The position numbers were made by a program, and so were the translations under genes. From Deltaproteobacteria bacterium (GTDB lineage Bacteria; Myxococcota; Kuafuiibacteriia; Kuafuiibacteriales; Kuafuiibacteriaceae): a stretch of 64,000 nucleotides of DNA. Shown here piece by piece: positions 38,658 to 50,790 of the stretch. Position 1 is the stretch's first letter; each line of letters opens with the position of its first letter. The notes under the pieces were generated by a model. That model was not told the origin of the DNA, searched no databases, and was given only the letters and a program-made list of their open reading frames with translations. The stretch lies in assembly GCA_040218735.1 (NCBI GenBank), contig JAVJQW010000008.1, forward strand, positions 64,001 through 128,000. The letters run 5' to 3'.

Positions 38658-38723
38658 CGTCGCGGATCAAAGTACGCAATCAGGGCTGCGCTGTCACGGT
38701 CGGACCACGGTCCATGCGGATCG

Positions 38724-40424
<1,701 letters not shown>

Positions 40425-40455
40425 GCTGGGTGATGGTACCCCAAGTCGCGCCGGC

Positions 40456-41136
40456 TCAACGACCGAGCGCGTATCCGATCGCGATTCCGATCGCGAGGAT
40501 GGCGGCGATGATCATCGCGACGGACTTCAGCTGGAGGCGCGCGCCATCGCGTTCGTGACGGTTCGGTGTCGGACCGTCCGAGGTCATCTCGAGCAAGTAG
40601 CCTTGCGTCGTCAGGAACTTCCGCACTTCGTCGAGGAGGCGCTCGTACTCGGATTCGACCATCTCGAACTTGCGTCCGTAGCGTTCGAGGTACGCACCGC
40701 GCATGACGTCGTAGGTCTTGAGGCGAGCTTGGTGTGTCGTGGCGTCGAGGTGCCCGAAGGTGAACGTACCGACGTTGGGCGAGCCTTCGCGGTGGAGCAC
40801 GAGCGCCTGGCGGGCCTTGGTGCCGCCTTCGGTCGACATACCGTCGGGTGTGTTCAAGCGAACACGCCAGCGCGGCGCGATGCCGAAGTGGGTGGTCTGG
40901 AAGCGGTGCCGGAAGAGGGCGCCGATCTCCATGCCCTGGAGGGCGTGGTGCGTACGGTCGACGCCGTCGTGCGTGCGGGCCGATTCAGGGTCGGTCGTCT
41001 CGGAGGTGCGCTCCGGCGCGGGGGGCGCTTCGGTCGCATACACCGTGGCGTCGAACGACTCGGACGGCGCGGGCGTGTCTTGGCTCGCGTCGAGGTCCGT
41101 CGCGTAGATCGTGGCGTCTTCGTCTCGAAGGGTCAC
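40456..41136 (-). CDS. Hypothetical protein with C-terminal TM helix
   Basis: 226-aa ORF with GC3 bias; ends VAMIIAAILAIGIAIGYALGR. Confidence 0.75.
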   Translation of the reverse strand: MTLRDEDATIYATDLDASQDTPAPSESFDATVYATEAPPAPERTSETTDPESARTHDGVDRTHHALQGMEIGALFRHRFQTTHFGIAPRWRVRLNTPDGMSTEGGTKARQALVLHREGSPNVGTFTFGHLDATTHQARLKTYDVMRGAYLERYGRKFEMVESEYERLLDEVRKFLTTQGYLLEMTSDGPTPNRHERDGARLQLKSVAMIIAAILAIGIAIGYALGR

Positions 41137-41270
41137 GCGTTGGGTTCGGATGATGCCACACGCGCGCGCGTAAACGCATACGGTGCGGGCTGTAAAGAAA
41201 ATGGCCAGGATCGGCCTATAGCGGCCAAAAACTGGCGGCGATCGATCGGCGGCCCTTTCCTAGGCCTCGC

Positions 41271-42215
41271 ATGGTGGCCATCTCACGCACGTACCCCGAG
41301 CCTTCCGCGACCCCCTTCTTGAAGTGGGTCGGAGGGAAGCGGCAGCTCCTCGAAGACATCCTCCCGCGTCTGCCGGGTCGGATGCGGACCTACTACGAAC
41401 CTTTCATCGGCGGCGGCGCGGTGTTCTTCGCGTTGGCGAGCCAAGACCGCTTCGATCGGGCGGTCATCGCGGACAAAAACACCGCGCTGGTCGAGACGTA
41501 CCGCGTCGTGCGCGACGACGTGGAGGGGCTCATCCGTGAGCTCGAGCGCCACGTCGATCATGCGACGGACTCGGACTACTTCTACGAGGTGCGTGCGGTC
41601 GAGACCGCGACGCTGTCCGACGTCGAGCGGGCGGCGCGGCTGATCTTCCTGAACAAGACGTGTTTCAACGGGCTGTACCGCGTGAACCGATCGGGGCGAT
41701 TCAACGTTCCGTTCGGGCGCTACAAGAACCCGCGGGTGTTGAACCCGACGGTGCTGCGCACGTGCTCCGCGTTGCTGCGTGGGGTGGAGATCCTGGAGAG
41801 TGACTTCGCGGACGTCGCGCGGCGCGCGGGGCGCGGTGACGGGATCTACTTCGACCCGCCGTACGTGCCGGTGTCGGCGACGTCGTCGTTCACGGCCTAC
41901 GCGAAGCACCCGTTCGGCCCCGACGCGCACGATCGCTTGGCGACGGCCTACGCGTCCTGCGTGCGCCGCGGCGCGGTCGCGCTGATGTCGAACTCGGACT
42001 GCAAGGTGACGCGCTCGCTCTACGCCGACTTCGAGGTCGAGACGGTGCAGGCGACGCGCAACGTGAACTCGGTCGCGAGCAAACGCGGCGCAATCGCGGA
42101 GGTCCTCGTGGTGGGCCTGAAGCCCCACGCCCGCCGCGTCGTCGCCGCGGTGCCGGACGACTCGGCCGTGGAAGCCGCGGTCGCGAAGAAGCGCGGGAAG
42201 AAGAAGGTCGGCTGA
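41271..42215 (+). CDS. dam: Dam-like DNA N6-adenine methyltransferase (orphan)
   Basis: PFLKWVGGK, EPFIGGGAV, LNKTCFNGLYRVNRSGRFNVPFG, DPPY, SNS. Confidence 0.92.
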   Translation: MVAISRTYPEPSATPFLKWVGGKRQLLEDILPRLPGRMRTYYEPFIGGGAVFFALASQDRFDRAVIADKNTALVETYRVVRDDVEGLIRELERHVDHATDSDYFYEVRAVETATLSDVERAARLIFLNKTCFNGLYRVNRSGRFNVPFGRYKNPRVLNPTVLRTCSALLRGVEILESDFADVARRAGRGDGIYFDPPYVPVSATSSFTAYAKHPFGPDAHDRLATAYASCVRRGAVALMSNSDCKVTRSLYADFEVETVQATRNVNSVASKRGAIAEVLVVGLKPHARRVVAAVPDDSAVEAAVAKKRGKKKVG

Positions 42216-42223
42216 GTCGACGG

Positions 42224-42249
42224 ACCGGCCCGAAGGCCGGTAGGTTTCT
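42224..42249 (+). terminator. Candidate intrinsic terminator after the methylase
   Basis: accggcc-cgaa-ggccggt followed by aggtttctt. Confidence 0.4.
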
Positions 42250-42256
42250 TGGGCCG

Positions 42257-43654
42257 ATGAGATGTGCTCGCGTCCTGGTGGTGGCGTCGCTGATCGCGGG
42301 CTGCGGCTCCGTGGTCGTACCGGAGCCGCGCGACGGCGGCGAAGCGGACGCCGGCGTCACGGACGCGGGTCAGCGCGACGGCGGCGTCGAGCGCGACGCG
42401 GGGCCGGAGCGGGACGGCGGCGTCGAGTACACGCTGACGGCGACGGTGGTCGGGGTTGGCGAGGGTTCGATTCAGTTCGTGGGCAGTGTGCGCGCGTGCC
42501 CGTCGGACTGCGAGGTGTCCGGACCGTCTGGCTCGACCGTCGACCTACGCGCAGAGGCGCTGGCGCCGGATGAGTTCCGCGGATGGTCAGGCGCGTGCAG
42601 CGGCCTCGAGCCGACGTGCCGGTTGACGCTGACGAGGAACGCGACCGTTGGCGCGGAGTTCTCGACGCCCGGCGGGTTCCGGAGGTTTCGGACCATCACG
42701 GAGGTCCCGCTACCCGAAGGGTGGAGCACCGTGGAGGTGTTGGACCTGAACGACGACGGGGTGTTCGTGGGGCAGGCGGATTTGCCGTTCCCCGCGCTCG
42801 GGTATTTCGCGGTGCGTGGCGATCGCGGCGGTGTCATCGAGTCTTTGGAGTCGATCTCCACACTGCCTGGTAGCCGCGCGTTGGGCATCAATGACGCGGG
42901 GTGGACGGTTGGGGGCGCGGCGAATGCGCAGGGGGATGGTCGTGCCGTCATCTGGGCGCCTCGACCGAAGGCCTTTCCGATCGAGCTGGGAACGTTTGGA
43001 GGCGCGGACTCTGTTGGGTTTTCGATAGCGCGTGACAATCGCGTCGTGGGATGGGCTGACACCGCAACGTCGGGAATGCATGGGTTTCTGCGCACACCGG
43101 ACGGAACCATGCACGATCTCGGTACGCTGGGCGGAACCAACTCCATCGCGTCGGGCATTGCCGGAGACTGGATCGTCGGGCGAGCCCAACGCGCAGATGG
43201 CGAGTGGCGGGGCTTTCGTGCTCGTGCACCGGACTTCGAGCTGGAACAACTGGGCACACTCGGCGGTGACTGGAGCTCCGCGTTCCGAGTGAATCGTGCC
43301 GGTGCGATTCTCGGTTATTCGGGGCTCCCGGATGGAAGGAGTCACGCGGTGTACGTTGCGCCTCCGCCGGCCGTCGAACTGGTGGACATCGGCACCCTCG
43401 GCGGAGCTGACAGCGTTCCGTACCTGATGAACGACAGTCATATCGCCGTGGGTACCGCGCAGGTGTTGGGCGGTGACTGGCGTGCCTTCATCTGGAGCCC
43501 CTCGGCGGGGAGAATCGTCGACCTCAACGACCTGCTCCCTCGCGGAGAGACCGAGTGGGAGCTCACGACGGCGGCGGGGATCAACAATCGCGGTCAGGTC
43601 GTTGGTACCGGCACGTTCTTGGGTCAGCCGGCAATATTCTTCTTGGATCCGTGA
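42257..43654 (+). CDS. Lipoprotein with InlB-B-like domain and HAF-type extracellular repeats
   Basis: LIAGC lipobox; FRGWSGACSG; repeated DLGTLGG..S.A..IN..G..VG. Confidence 0.85.
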   Translation: MRCARVLVVASLIAGCGSVVVPEPRDGGEADAGVTDAGQRDGGVERDAGPERDGGVEYTLTATVVGVGEGSIQFVGSVRACPSDCEVSGPSGSTVDLRAEALAPDEFRGWSGACSGLEPTCRLTLTRNATVGAEFSTPGGFRRFRTITEVPLPEGWSTVEVLDLNDDGVFVGQADLPFPALGYFAVRGDRGGVIESLESISTLPGSRALGINDAGWTVGGAANAQGDGRAVIWAPRPKAFPIELGTFGGADSVGFSIARDNRVVGWADTATSGMHGFLRTPDGTMHDLGTLGGTNSIASGIAGDWIVGRAQRADGEWRGFRARAPDFELEQLGTLGGDWSSAFRVNRAGAILGYSGLPDGRSHAVYVAPPPAVELVDIGTLGGADSVPYLMNDSHIAVGTAQVLGGDWRAFIWSPSAGRIVDLNDLLPRGETEWELTTAAGINNRGQVVGTGTFLGQPAIFFLDP

Positions 43655-43682
43655 GCTCCTCTCGAGAGCGTGGGTGTGGGCG

Positions 43683-46670
43683 TTATTCGAGGACCTGAAT
43701 CAACGTGTGGCTGTTGCTCGCTTGCGCCATATCCGCTTGCCCAGCGCCGACGGCGCCTGGCTGCCCCGACCACTGTGCGCACAGTGCAACGTAGTAGTTC
43801 TGGCCGACGGTGATGGAGGGCGAGGTCGTCGTCGAGATATAGGCGGTCGATGCTGCTGAGAGGATCTCACCGGCACTGATCGCGTTGTCGCTGACCGACG
43901 GATGTTGGGGCATCCAGTTCCACGTTCCGGCAGTTAGGGAGGTGGTGTAGCACACACCTGTCTGGAGCGTTCGGGGCTGCTGTGTCTGGCTGACCCGGAT
44001 GGTTCCTCCGCCAAAGGCGACGATTCTCTGAGTAGCCGCCGTGGGCTGAACTGGGCCCGCCGCGGCCGTAAGTGGCACGATCGGACCGAAGGGATTCTGA
44101 CTGCCTCCGTTGGGCAGGAACACGACGCCGCCCACCGAAAAGTCGGTCGCAAGAATGCCGGGCGGGCCCTGCGGGCCCTGGGGTCCCTGTGGGCCTCGCG
44201 CACCGGTCGCGCCCGGCACGCCCTGAATGCCCTGCGGTCCCCGCGGGCCGACGGCGCCGTCCGCGCCGTCCGCACCGGCCGGGCCCGCCGGGCCACGCGG
44301 CCCCACGGCACCGGTCGCGCCCTGCGGTCCCGCCGGTCCGATGGCGCCATCCGCACCGGCCGGACCCACCGGTCCACGCGGCCCTACGGCACCGGTCGGC
44401 CCCACCGGGCCTGCTGGTCCGTCCGCACCGGCCGGACCCGCCGGTCCTCGCGGCCCGACGGCGCCGGTCGCGCCCTGCGGGCCCGCCGGTCCGATCGCTC
44501 CGTCGGCGCCGGCCGGGCCTGCCGGTCCTCGCGGTCCCACGGCGCCCGTTGCGCCCTGCGGTCCGGCCGGTCCTTGCGGTCCGATCGCTCCGTCGGCGCC
44601 GTCCGCTCCGGCCGGACCCGCCGGTCCTCGCGGTCCCACCGCACCGGTCGCGCCCTGCGGTCCGGCTGGTCCGATCGCTCCGTCCGCGCCGGCCGGCCCA
44701 GCCGGTCCTCGCGGACCCACGGCGCCCGTCGGTCCGACGGCGCCCTGCGGTCCCGCGGGGCCTGCCGGCCCTGCGGGGCCTCGCGGTCCGATCGCACCGT
44801 CAGCGCCGGCGGGGCCCTGCGGTCCGGCGGGGCCCGTGAGGCCCGTTGCGCCTGCCGGCCCTGCGGGGCCTCGCGGTCCGATGGCACCGTCCGCGCCGGC
44901 GGGCCCCTGGGGTCCGGCGGGGCCCGTGAGGCCCGTTGCGCCTGCCGGCCCTGCGGGGCCTCGCGGTCCGACGGCGCCGGTCGCGCCCTGCGGTCCCGCG
45001 GGTCCTTGCGGTCCGATCGCTCCGTCGGCGCCCGCCGGTCCTGCGGGTCCGATCGCACCGGCCGGCCCTGCGGGGCCTCGCGGTCCGACGGCGCCGGTCG
45101 CGCCCTGCGGTCCGAGCGGTCCGGCCGGGCCCTGCGGTCCGGCTGCGCCCTGCGGTCCTGCGGGACCCGTGAGCCCGATCGGTCCCTGCGGTCCGCGCGG
45201 GCCGATGGCGCCCGTCGCTCCGGCCGCACCCTGCGGCCCGGCGGGGCCCGTGAGCCCGATGGGTCCCTGCGGCCCGAGCGCGCCCGTCGGCCCCTGAGGT
45301 CCTCGCGGCCCGACGGCGCCGTCAGCGCCGTTCGCGCCCGTCGGTCCGATCGGCCCCTGCGGTCCCAAACCACCCTGTGGTCCCTGCGGCCCGGCCGGTC
45401 CCGCGGGTCCGACGGCGCCCTGCGGTCCCGCGGGTCCCGTGAGCCCGATCGGCCCCTGCGCGCCGGTCGGTCCAGCCGGCCCGCGCGCACCGGTGAGCCC
45501 GATGGGCCCCTGCGGTCCCTGCGCACCCGTCGGCCCGATCGGCCCCGCGGCGCCCTGCGGCCCGGTGAGCCCGACGGGGCCCTGCGGTCCCACGGCTCCG
45601 GTCGCACCTTGCGGTCCGATTGGCCCGATCGCTCCGGTCGGCCCGACCGCACCTTGCGGGCCCGCCGGCCCGGTGAGCCCGATGGGCCCCTGCGGTCCGA
45701 TCGCTCCGGTCGGTCCGATCACACCCTGCGGTCCCTGCGGCCCGGTGAGCCCGATCGGCCCCTGCGGCCCGACGGCGCCGGCCGGCCCGACCGCACCCTG
45801 CGGTCCTTGCGCGCCCTGCGGCCCGGTGAGCCCGATGGGCCCCTGCGGTCCGATCGCTCCGGTCGGCCCGACGACACCCTGCGGTCCCTGCGGCCCGGTG
45901 AGCCCGATGGGCCCCTGCGGTCCGAGCGCGCCCGTGGCACCCACCGGCCCTTGCGGCCCCATCGCGCCGGTCGGTCCCGCCGGTCCCTGCGGTCCGAGCG
46001 CACCCGTCGGCCCCACCGGACCCACCGCGCCGGTCGGCCCGGCCGCGCCCTGCGGTCCGGTCGGTCCTGCCGGTCCGACAGCGCCATCAGCGCCCGCCGG
46101 TCCCTGCGGGCCCACGGCGCCCGTGGCGCCGGTCGGTCCCGCTGGCCCCGCTGCGCCGTCCGGTCCGACGGGTCCCGTCGGACCCGCGATGCCCTGCGGA
46201 CCCGGCTCGCCCTGCAGACCGATCTCACCCTGCGGGCCCGTCGGTCCCATCGGACCCGGAGGTCCCTCGGGTCCGATCTGTCCGCCGTCCGCGCTCAACG
46301 CACGCACCGCGAACGGGACGAAACCCACCGAGAACCGCGGCGCCATCTCCACGTCGTCGCCGACGATCTCGATACCCACGTACAACTCACCACCGAACAA
46401 CGAAGGTGAGATCGAGCTCGTCTCGCCGATCGACAAGTAGAAGAACCCATCGAACGGCACGACACCGAAGTGCTCTTCCTCGAACACCGGCGTCTGCGCG
46501 TCCTCCGCGTCGTACAGCCGAACGACGGCGTCGAACTGCTCCGTGATCGGCATGCCCTGCGTGTCGGTGAGGAAACCTTCGAACGGCAAGGTAACTTGCG
46601 CCGAGGCCAACCGAGGCGCGCTCACCGCAGCCAGCGCGAGGGTGAAGAGTTGGATTCGTGACAAGTGCAT
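43683..46670 (-). CDS. Secreted collagen-like fibre protein
   Basis: Signal peptide; N-domain [21 protein letters not shown]; long Gly-X-Y run; globular C-terminal tip. Confidence 0.92.
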   Translation of the reverse strand: MHLSRIQLFTLALAAVSAPRLASAQVTLPFEGFLTDTQGMPITEQFDAVVRLYDAEDAQTPVFEEEHFGVVPFDGFFYLSIGETSSISPSLFGGELYVGIEIVGDDVEMAPRFSVGFVPFAVRALSADGGQIGPEGPPGPMGPTGPQGEIGLQGEPGPQGIAGPTGPVGPDGAAGPAGPTGATGAVGPQGPAGADGAVGPAGPTGPQGAAGPTGAVGPVGPTGALGPQGPAGPTGAMGPQGPVGATGALGPQGPIGLTGPQGPQGVVGPTGAIGPQGPIGLTGPQGAQGPQGAVGPAGAVGPQGPIGLTGPQGPQGVIGPTGAIGPQGPIGLTGPAGPQGAVGPTGAIGPIGPQGATGAVGPQGPVGLTGPQGAAGPIGPTGAQGPQGPIGLTGARGPAGPTGAQGPIGLTGPAGPQGAVGPAGPAGPQGPQGGLGPQGPIGPTGANGADGAVGPRGPQGPTGALGPQGPIGLTGPAGPQGAAGATGAIGPRGPQGPIGLTGPAGPQGAAGPQGPAGPLGPQGATGAVGPRGPAGPAGAIGPAGPAGADGAIGPQGPAGPQGATGAVGPRGPAGPAGATGLTGPAGPQGPAGADGAIGPRGPAGPAGATGLTGPAGPQGPAGADGAIGPRGPAGPAGPAGPQGAVGPTGAVGPRGPAGPAGADGAIGPAGPQGATGAVGPRGPAGPAGADGADGAIGPQGPAGPQGATGAVGPRGPAGPAGADGAIGPAGPQGATGAVGPRGPAGPAGADGPAGPVGPTGAVGPRGPVGPAGADGAIGPAGPQGATGAVGPRGPAGPAGADGADGAVGPRGPQGIQGVPGATGARGPQGPQGPQGPPGILATDFSVGGVVFLPNGGSQNPFGPIVPLTAAAGPVQPTAATQRIVAFGGGTIRVSQTQQPRTLQTGVCYTTSLTAGTWNWMPQHPSVSDNAISAGEILSAASTAYISTTTSPSITVGQNYYVALCAQWSGQPGAVGAGQADMAQASNSHTLIQVLE
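44160..46283 (-). repeat. Gly-X-Y collagen repeat (~236 triplets)
   Basis: 2124 bp of GPx/GAx/GLT triplets with larger internal duplications. Confidence 0.95.
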
Positions 46671-46689
46671 GTGATCGATTCCCTGTGTC

Positions 46690-47010
46690 TCAGCGTCCCG
46701 CGCCCGGGACGATTCCGCCGCGCAGCTCGTGTTGGTCACTCGTCGCGCGACCCGTACCGTCGACGCGCAAGCGACCATTGATGTTGTGGCTCGGGCTCGA
46801 CGCGCGCCCCGTCGCGGGCGCCAAGTTCACGCTCCGCAGGACGCGCCCGAGGGGCCCGCCGTCGCGATCCATCCCCGCGTCGGGGACGCCGCCGTCGCGG
46901 TCCCTCCCCGCGTCGACGAAGCCAGCGTCGCGCGGGTCGCGCGGCGGCTCTTCGGGGTTGGCGCAAGCCGTGGCAAGGACGATGCCGAAGCTCAGGACGA
47001 GGCGGCGCAC
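46690..47010 (-). CDS. Small lipoprotein upstream of the collagen fibre
   Basis: LATAC lipobox; DAG linker; two short S-x-x-H/beta repeats. Confidence 0.7.
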   Translation of the reverse strand: MRRLVLSFGIVLATACANPEEPPRDPRDAGFVDAGRDRDGGVPDAGMDRDGGPLGRVLRSVNLAPATGRASSPSHNINGRLRVDGTGRATSDQHELRGGIVPGAGR

Positions 47011-47116
47011 TCCGCAGTAGTGACCCGAAACGCGTCAGAGTTACAGGGTTATCTAGTCGAATCTCCGAGGTTTTTTGGTACCAACGGAATTCATTCGCGA
47101 TCCGCCCCCCGCCCGG

Positions 47117-48685
47117 TCAGGGCCAGGGGGTGCCGCCGCCCAGCTCGTCGTCGTAGCCGTACTCGGCCGGGTCGCGCACGTCCTTCACGATGAACGGGAT
47201 GATGAGCGTCGCCTGCACGGCGTCCGGCGTGTCGAGGTTCTGCCCGGCGACGAAGCGACTCACCGACAGCTGCGCGAGCAACGGCACCGGGAACTCGCCG
47301 CGCAGGAACGGACCGAGGAAGTTGAAGTTCACACCGACGCCCGCGACCAGGTTCCCGCGAACCGTTCGCCACGCGTAGCTCGCCCGCTTGCGCGCCGCGC
47401 TGCTCGCGAAGCGATTGCGCAGCTCCGTGATTCGGTTCTCCTCCTGAATCTCCCCGTCCGCGACGAGCCGATCCACCTCCGCCCGAATCTCGTCTTCGGT
47501 TTGATACGGCGCCGTCCCCTCCGGGCGTGCGCCGATCCCGTTCACCGAATCGCGGAAGTGGTGCAGCGCGTTCACCGACACCCCCACCGACAGCCACTCC
47601 AGGATCTGGAAGTTCAGATACGAGTACAGGTAGAGCGTGTCGCCGAGCTTGCGTTGGATGTCGACGCGATCGAACCGCGTCGCGACCGGCACGAGCTGCC
47701 CGTCGTCGAGGTAGCGGTTGAACAGCTCCGCCTCACTGATCTCCCCGCGCGCGAGTTGGTTCTCGAGGTCATCGGAGAAGGACACCGTACCGAGCCGCGT
47801 CGTGAACGTGTCGGCGAACGAGATCTCGTACCCCGCCGACGCGCCGAGCCGGAACCGTTCCCCGAACGGCAGCGAGATCGCGGCGAGCAGCGCGGCGTCC
47901 CACTGACCGTCGCCGAGTCGCACGTCGAAGAGGTCGTCGGGGTCGTCCTGCTTCCCGGTGGGGAACACGACGTAGCCGAGCGCCGCGAGGTTGAGATCGC
48001 GGCCGCGGAAGAACTGGTACTTCGCGCCGAGGATCAGATCGCGGAACCCCGAGTAGTTGCGGTCCGCCGTCCCTTGGCCGCCCTGGACGCTGTCGATGAC
48101 GGGTCTGTAGCTGAAGCACTTGCTGATCAGCGCACGGTTCAGGTCGCCGATGTTGAACGTGTAGTTCTCACCGCCGTCCTCGACGATGTCGTCGAAGTTC
48201 GCGGCGAGGTCGAAGTCGTCGCCGCAGTCGAGGGCCTCGGGATCCTTCACACGCAGGTTCGACGTCGCGCCCTCCAGCGAAGCGCGCAGCGTGTAGTTCA
48301 CGTTCTGGTACGGGAGCAGCCCGACGAACGTCAGCCGCTCCGTGACGCCGAACGCGAGCAGGAAGTTGATACCGAACGAACGCTGGGTCCCGTCGAAACG
48401 TGTCACCCCCAGGGTGCCGCCCGCGACCGTCTCGAGCAGCTCCGCGTCACCGCCCGCGATCAGCTCCGACAGGTTGATCCCGTTGAAGTCCGCGATCAGC
48501 GACTCACGCCCGACCTGCCAGCCGCGACCGAAGCGCTGCAACGTCCCCGGCCCGTAACCGAGCAGCGGCTGAATCGCGAGACCACCCGAACCCTGCGGGA
48601 GGACCTCGGCGTCCGAGACCCCCTGCGCCCACGCTACCGCGGGGAGGAGCGTGAGCAGGAGCGCGAGGGACAGAGCACGTGGCAT
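47117..48685 (-). CDS. Putative outer-membrane beta-barrel protein (SphA/MetA-pathway-like)
   Basis: Signal peptide; DLILGAKYQF, VFPTGK..LGDGQWD; amphipathic beta strands. Confidence 0.6.
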   Translation of the reverse strand: MPRALSLALLLTLLPAVAWAQGVSDAEVLPQGSGGLAIQPLLGYGPGTLQRFGRGWQVGRESLIADFNGINLSELIAGGDAELLETVAGGTLGVTRFDGTQRSFGINFLLAFGVTERLTFVGLLPYQNVNYTLRASLEGATSNLRVKDPEALDCGDDFDLAANFDDIVEDGGENYTFNIGDLNRALISKCFSYRPVIDSVQGGQGTADRNYSGFRDLILGAKYQFFRGRDLNLAALGYVVFPTGKQDDPDDLFDVRLGDGQWDAALLAAISLPFGERFRLGASAGYEISFADTFTTRLGTVSFSDDLENQLARGEISEAELFNRYLDDGQLVPVATRFDRVDIQRKLGDTLYLYSYLNFQILEWLSVGVSVNALHHFRDSVNGIGARPEGTAPYQTEDEIRAEVDRLVADGEIQEENRITELRNRFASSAARKRASYAWRTVRGNLVAGVGVNFNFLGPFLRGEFPVPLLAQLSVSRFVAGQNLDTPDAVQATLIIPFIVKDVRDPAEYGYDDELGGGTPWP

Positions 48686-48827
48686 CGGGAGAGAGGGGAG
48701 AAATCAGGTTTTTTGAGGTGGGGCAACGACGGATGACCGATCCCCCCGACCGGGCCGCGGAATCGTGCGCGGCCCGCGAACCGGGGACCGCATCGTCGGG
48801 CACTTTGGTACGATCCGCCCGTCTTCG

Positions 48828-49607
48828 ATGGACTGGACACCCCAACGCGCGCGCGTCGACGAGGCCACCTTCGACGCACGCCGCATCGGCCCCTACCGAC
48901 TCGGGCGTCGCATCCGCGTCACCGCGCTCGGCGAGGTCCGGCTCGCGATCGGCGACGCCTTCGACGAGGTCGTCGCCATCGAACGCTGTGAGCTCCTCGG
49001 CTCGCTCGGCGGCTCCGAGCGCGCGCTGCTCGCCGACGTCGCCCACGTGATCGGCCTGCGCCACCCGAACCTCGTCGAGGTGCTCGGCGCCGGCGTCGAC
49101 GGCGACGTCCCGTACTTGGTCCGCGCCCACCGCCTCGGCGTCACGTTGGCCGACGCCCACGAAGCCGCGGAGGACGTCGACCTCGCCACCGCCGCGGCGA
49201 TCCTCCACGGCGTCCTCACCGTGGTCGGCTTCCTCGCGGAGGAAGGCGCGCAGCCCGGCGTCTGCTCGCTCGGCGGCATCGACGAAGAGGACGTCCTCCT
49301 CGGCTACGACGGCGGCGTGCGTGTCACCAACACGGGCATGAAGCTCGTGCGCTGTCCGAACGGCGACCCCCTCCGCGCCGATCTCTCCAGCGCCCTCGTC
49401 CTCGCCCAGGCCCTCGATCCCTCCGGCGCGCTCGCCGATCACTTCGGCGAAGACGCCAACGCCACGCAGACCGCCCACCGCATCCGCCGCGCGTTCCGCG
49501 ACGCTTGCGGTCGACGCAACGAGCTCGTCGGAGGTCTGTTGCGTCGGCACTTCGACCTGCAGATTCAGGCCGACCGCGCCTTCTTCGGCCTGGTCACGTT
49601 GCACTGA
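48828..49607 (+). CDS. Stand-alone pseudokinase
   Basis: IGPYRLGRRI, LRHPNLVEVL, DVLLGYDGGVRVTNTG; lacks the VAxK, HRD and DFG motifs. Confidence 0.7.
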   Translation: MDWTPQRARVDEATFDARRIGPYRLGRRIRVTALGEVRLAIGDAFDEVVAIERCELLGSLGGSERALLADVAHVIGLRHPNLVEVLGAGVDGDVPYLVRAHRLGVTLADAHEAAEDVDLATAAAILHGVLTVVGFLAEEGAQPGVCSLGGIDEEDVLLGYDGGVRVTNTGMKLVRCPNGDPLRADLSSALVLAQALDPSGALADHFGEDANATQTAHRIRRAFRDACGRRNELVGGLLRRHFDLQIQADRAFFGLVTLH

Positions 49608-49608
49608 C

Positions 49609-50754
49609 ATGGACGACGCCCACGCGCGCCTGAGGCTCGCCGCGTTCTACTTCTTCGCGTTCGGCGGCCTCGGCGGTTTGCTGCCGTTCCTCCCCCTCGT
49701 GTTCGAGACGCGCGGCTTCGACTCCTACGCGATCTCCACGGTGATGCTCCTCCTCCCCCTGAGCAACATGTTCGTCCCGCCGCTGTGGGGCCTCCTCGCC
49801 GACGCCTTCAACGCCCGCGTCGCCGCGATCCGCGCGACGGGGATCGGCTGCGCCGTCGGCACGCTCCTGTTGCTCCCCGACCTCGGTCTGCCCTTCGCCG
49901 TCCTCGGTATGGCGACGTACTGCTTCTTCCGCGCGCCGATCATCCCGCTCGCCGACTCCGCGACCTACGCGGCGCTCGGCGCGCGCTCCGACAACTACGC
50001 GCGCGTTCGCGTGTGGGGCTCCGCGGGGTTCGTGGTGGTGTCGACGGCCGTCGGGCTCCTCGAGGCGACTAAGACCCCCACGCTCCTGTTCGGCGTCGCG
50101 GCCGCGGTCTACGCGTGCGCGACGATCGCGGCGCTCGGCCTCGTCGCGCCGCCGCCCGAGCGTCGGCCCGGTGTGTTGCGCAAGGCGCTGCAGACCGTCC
50201 GCGGCACGACGCTCCCGGCGCTCTTCCTCGGCTCCGCGTTCTACTACGTCGGCCACGGCGCGTACGACGTCTACTTCGGTCTGCACGCGCGCGCGCTCGG
50301 GCTCAGTGATTCCTTCGTCGGGATCGCGTGGGCCGTCGGCGTGACGTGTGAGATCGGCCTGATGCTCGTCGCGCCGCGCATCCTCGCGCGCCGATCCACC
50401 GCGGTGTTGTTGTGCATCGGCGCCGCCGCGTCCGTGTTCCGCTGGTGGCTCCTCTCCGTCGCAACGTCCGCGGAGCTGATCCTCGTCGCGCAGTCACTCC
50501 ACGCGCTCACGTTCGGGCTCTGGTACGTCGCGCTCGTGAAGTACGTGCAGGGCAAGGCGCCCGACGCCCTCCGCGCGAGTGTGCAGGGCCTCGCGCAGGC
50601 GTCGATGGCCGTCGGCATGATGGGCGGCTACCTCGGCGGCGCGGAGCTCAACGAACGCTTCGGCGGCGTCGCGGTCTTCCAGCTCGCGACGGCGGCGGCC
50701 GGCTGCGCGCTCGTCGTGTACGTCTTCCTCGCCATCGTAGACCGTCGCTTGTGA
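49609..50754 (+). CDS. MFS transporter (MFS_1-like, HcaT/MalA type)
   Basis: About 12 TM helices; PLWGLLAD, YARVRVWGSAGF, QSLHALTFG. Confidence 0.9.
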   Translation: MDDAHARLRLAAFYFFAFGGLGGLLPFLPLVFETRGFDSYAISTVMLLLPLSNMFVPPLWGLLADAFNARVAAIRATGIGCAVGTLLLLPDLGLPFAVLGMATYCFFRAPIIPLADSATYAALGARSDNYARVRVWGSAGFVVVSTAVGLLEATKTPTLLFGVAAAVYACATIAALGLVAPPPERRPGVLRKALQTVRGTTLPALFLGSAFYYVGHGAYDVYFGLHARALGLSDSFVGIAWAVGVTCEIGLMLVAPRILARRSTAVLLCIGAAASVFRWWLLSVATSAELILVAQSLHALTFGLWYVALVKYVQGKAPDALRASVQGLAQASMAVGMMGGYLGGAELNERFGGVAVFQLATAAAGCALVVYVFLAIVDRRL

Positions 50755-50790
50755 TCGCGGTGCGCGACGGCGCAACATCGACACTCCCCG

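Noticed and set aside
44072-46440. Long + strand ORFs rich in GP/CGP or RS repeats
   Set aside because: Antisense and alternative-frame shadows of the collagen gene.
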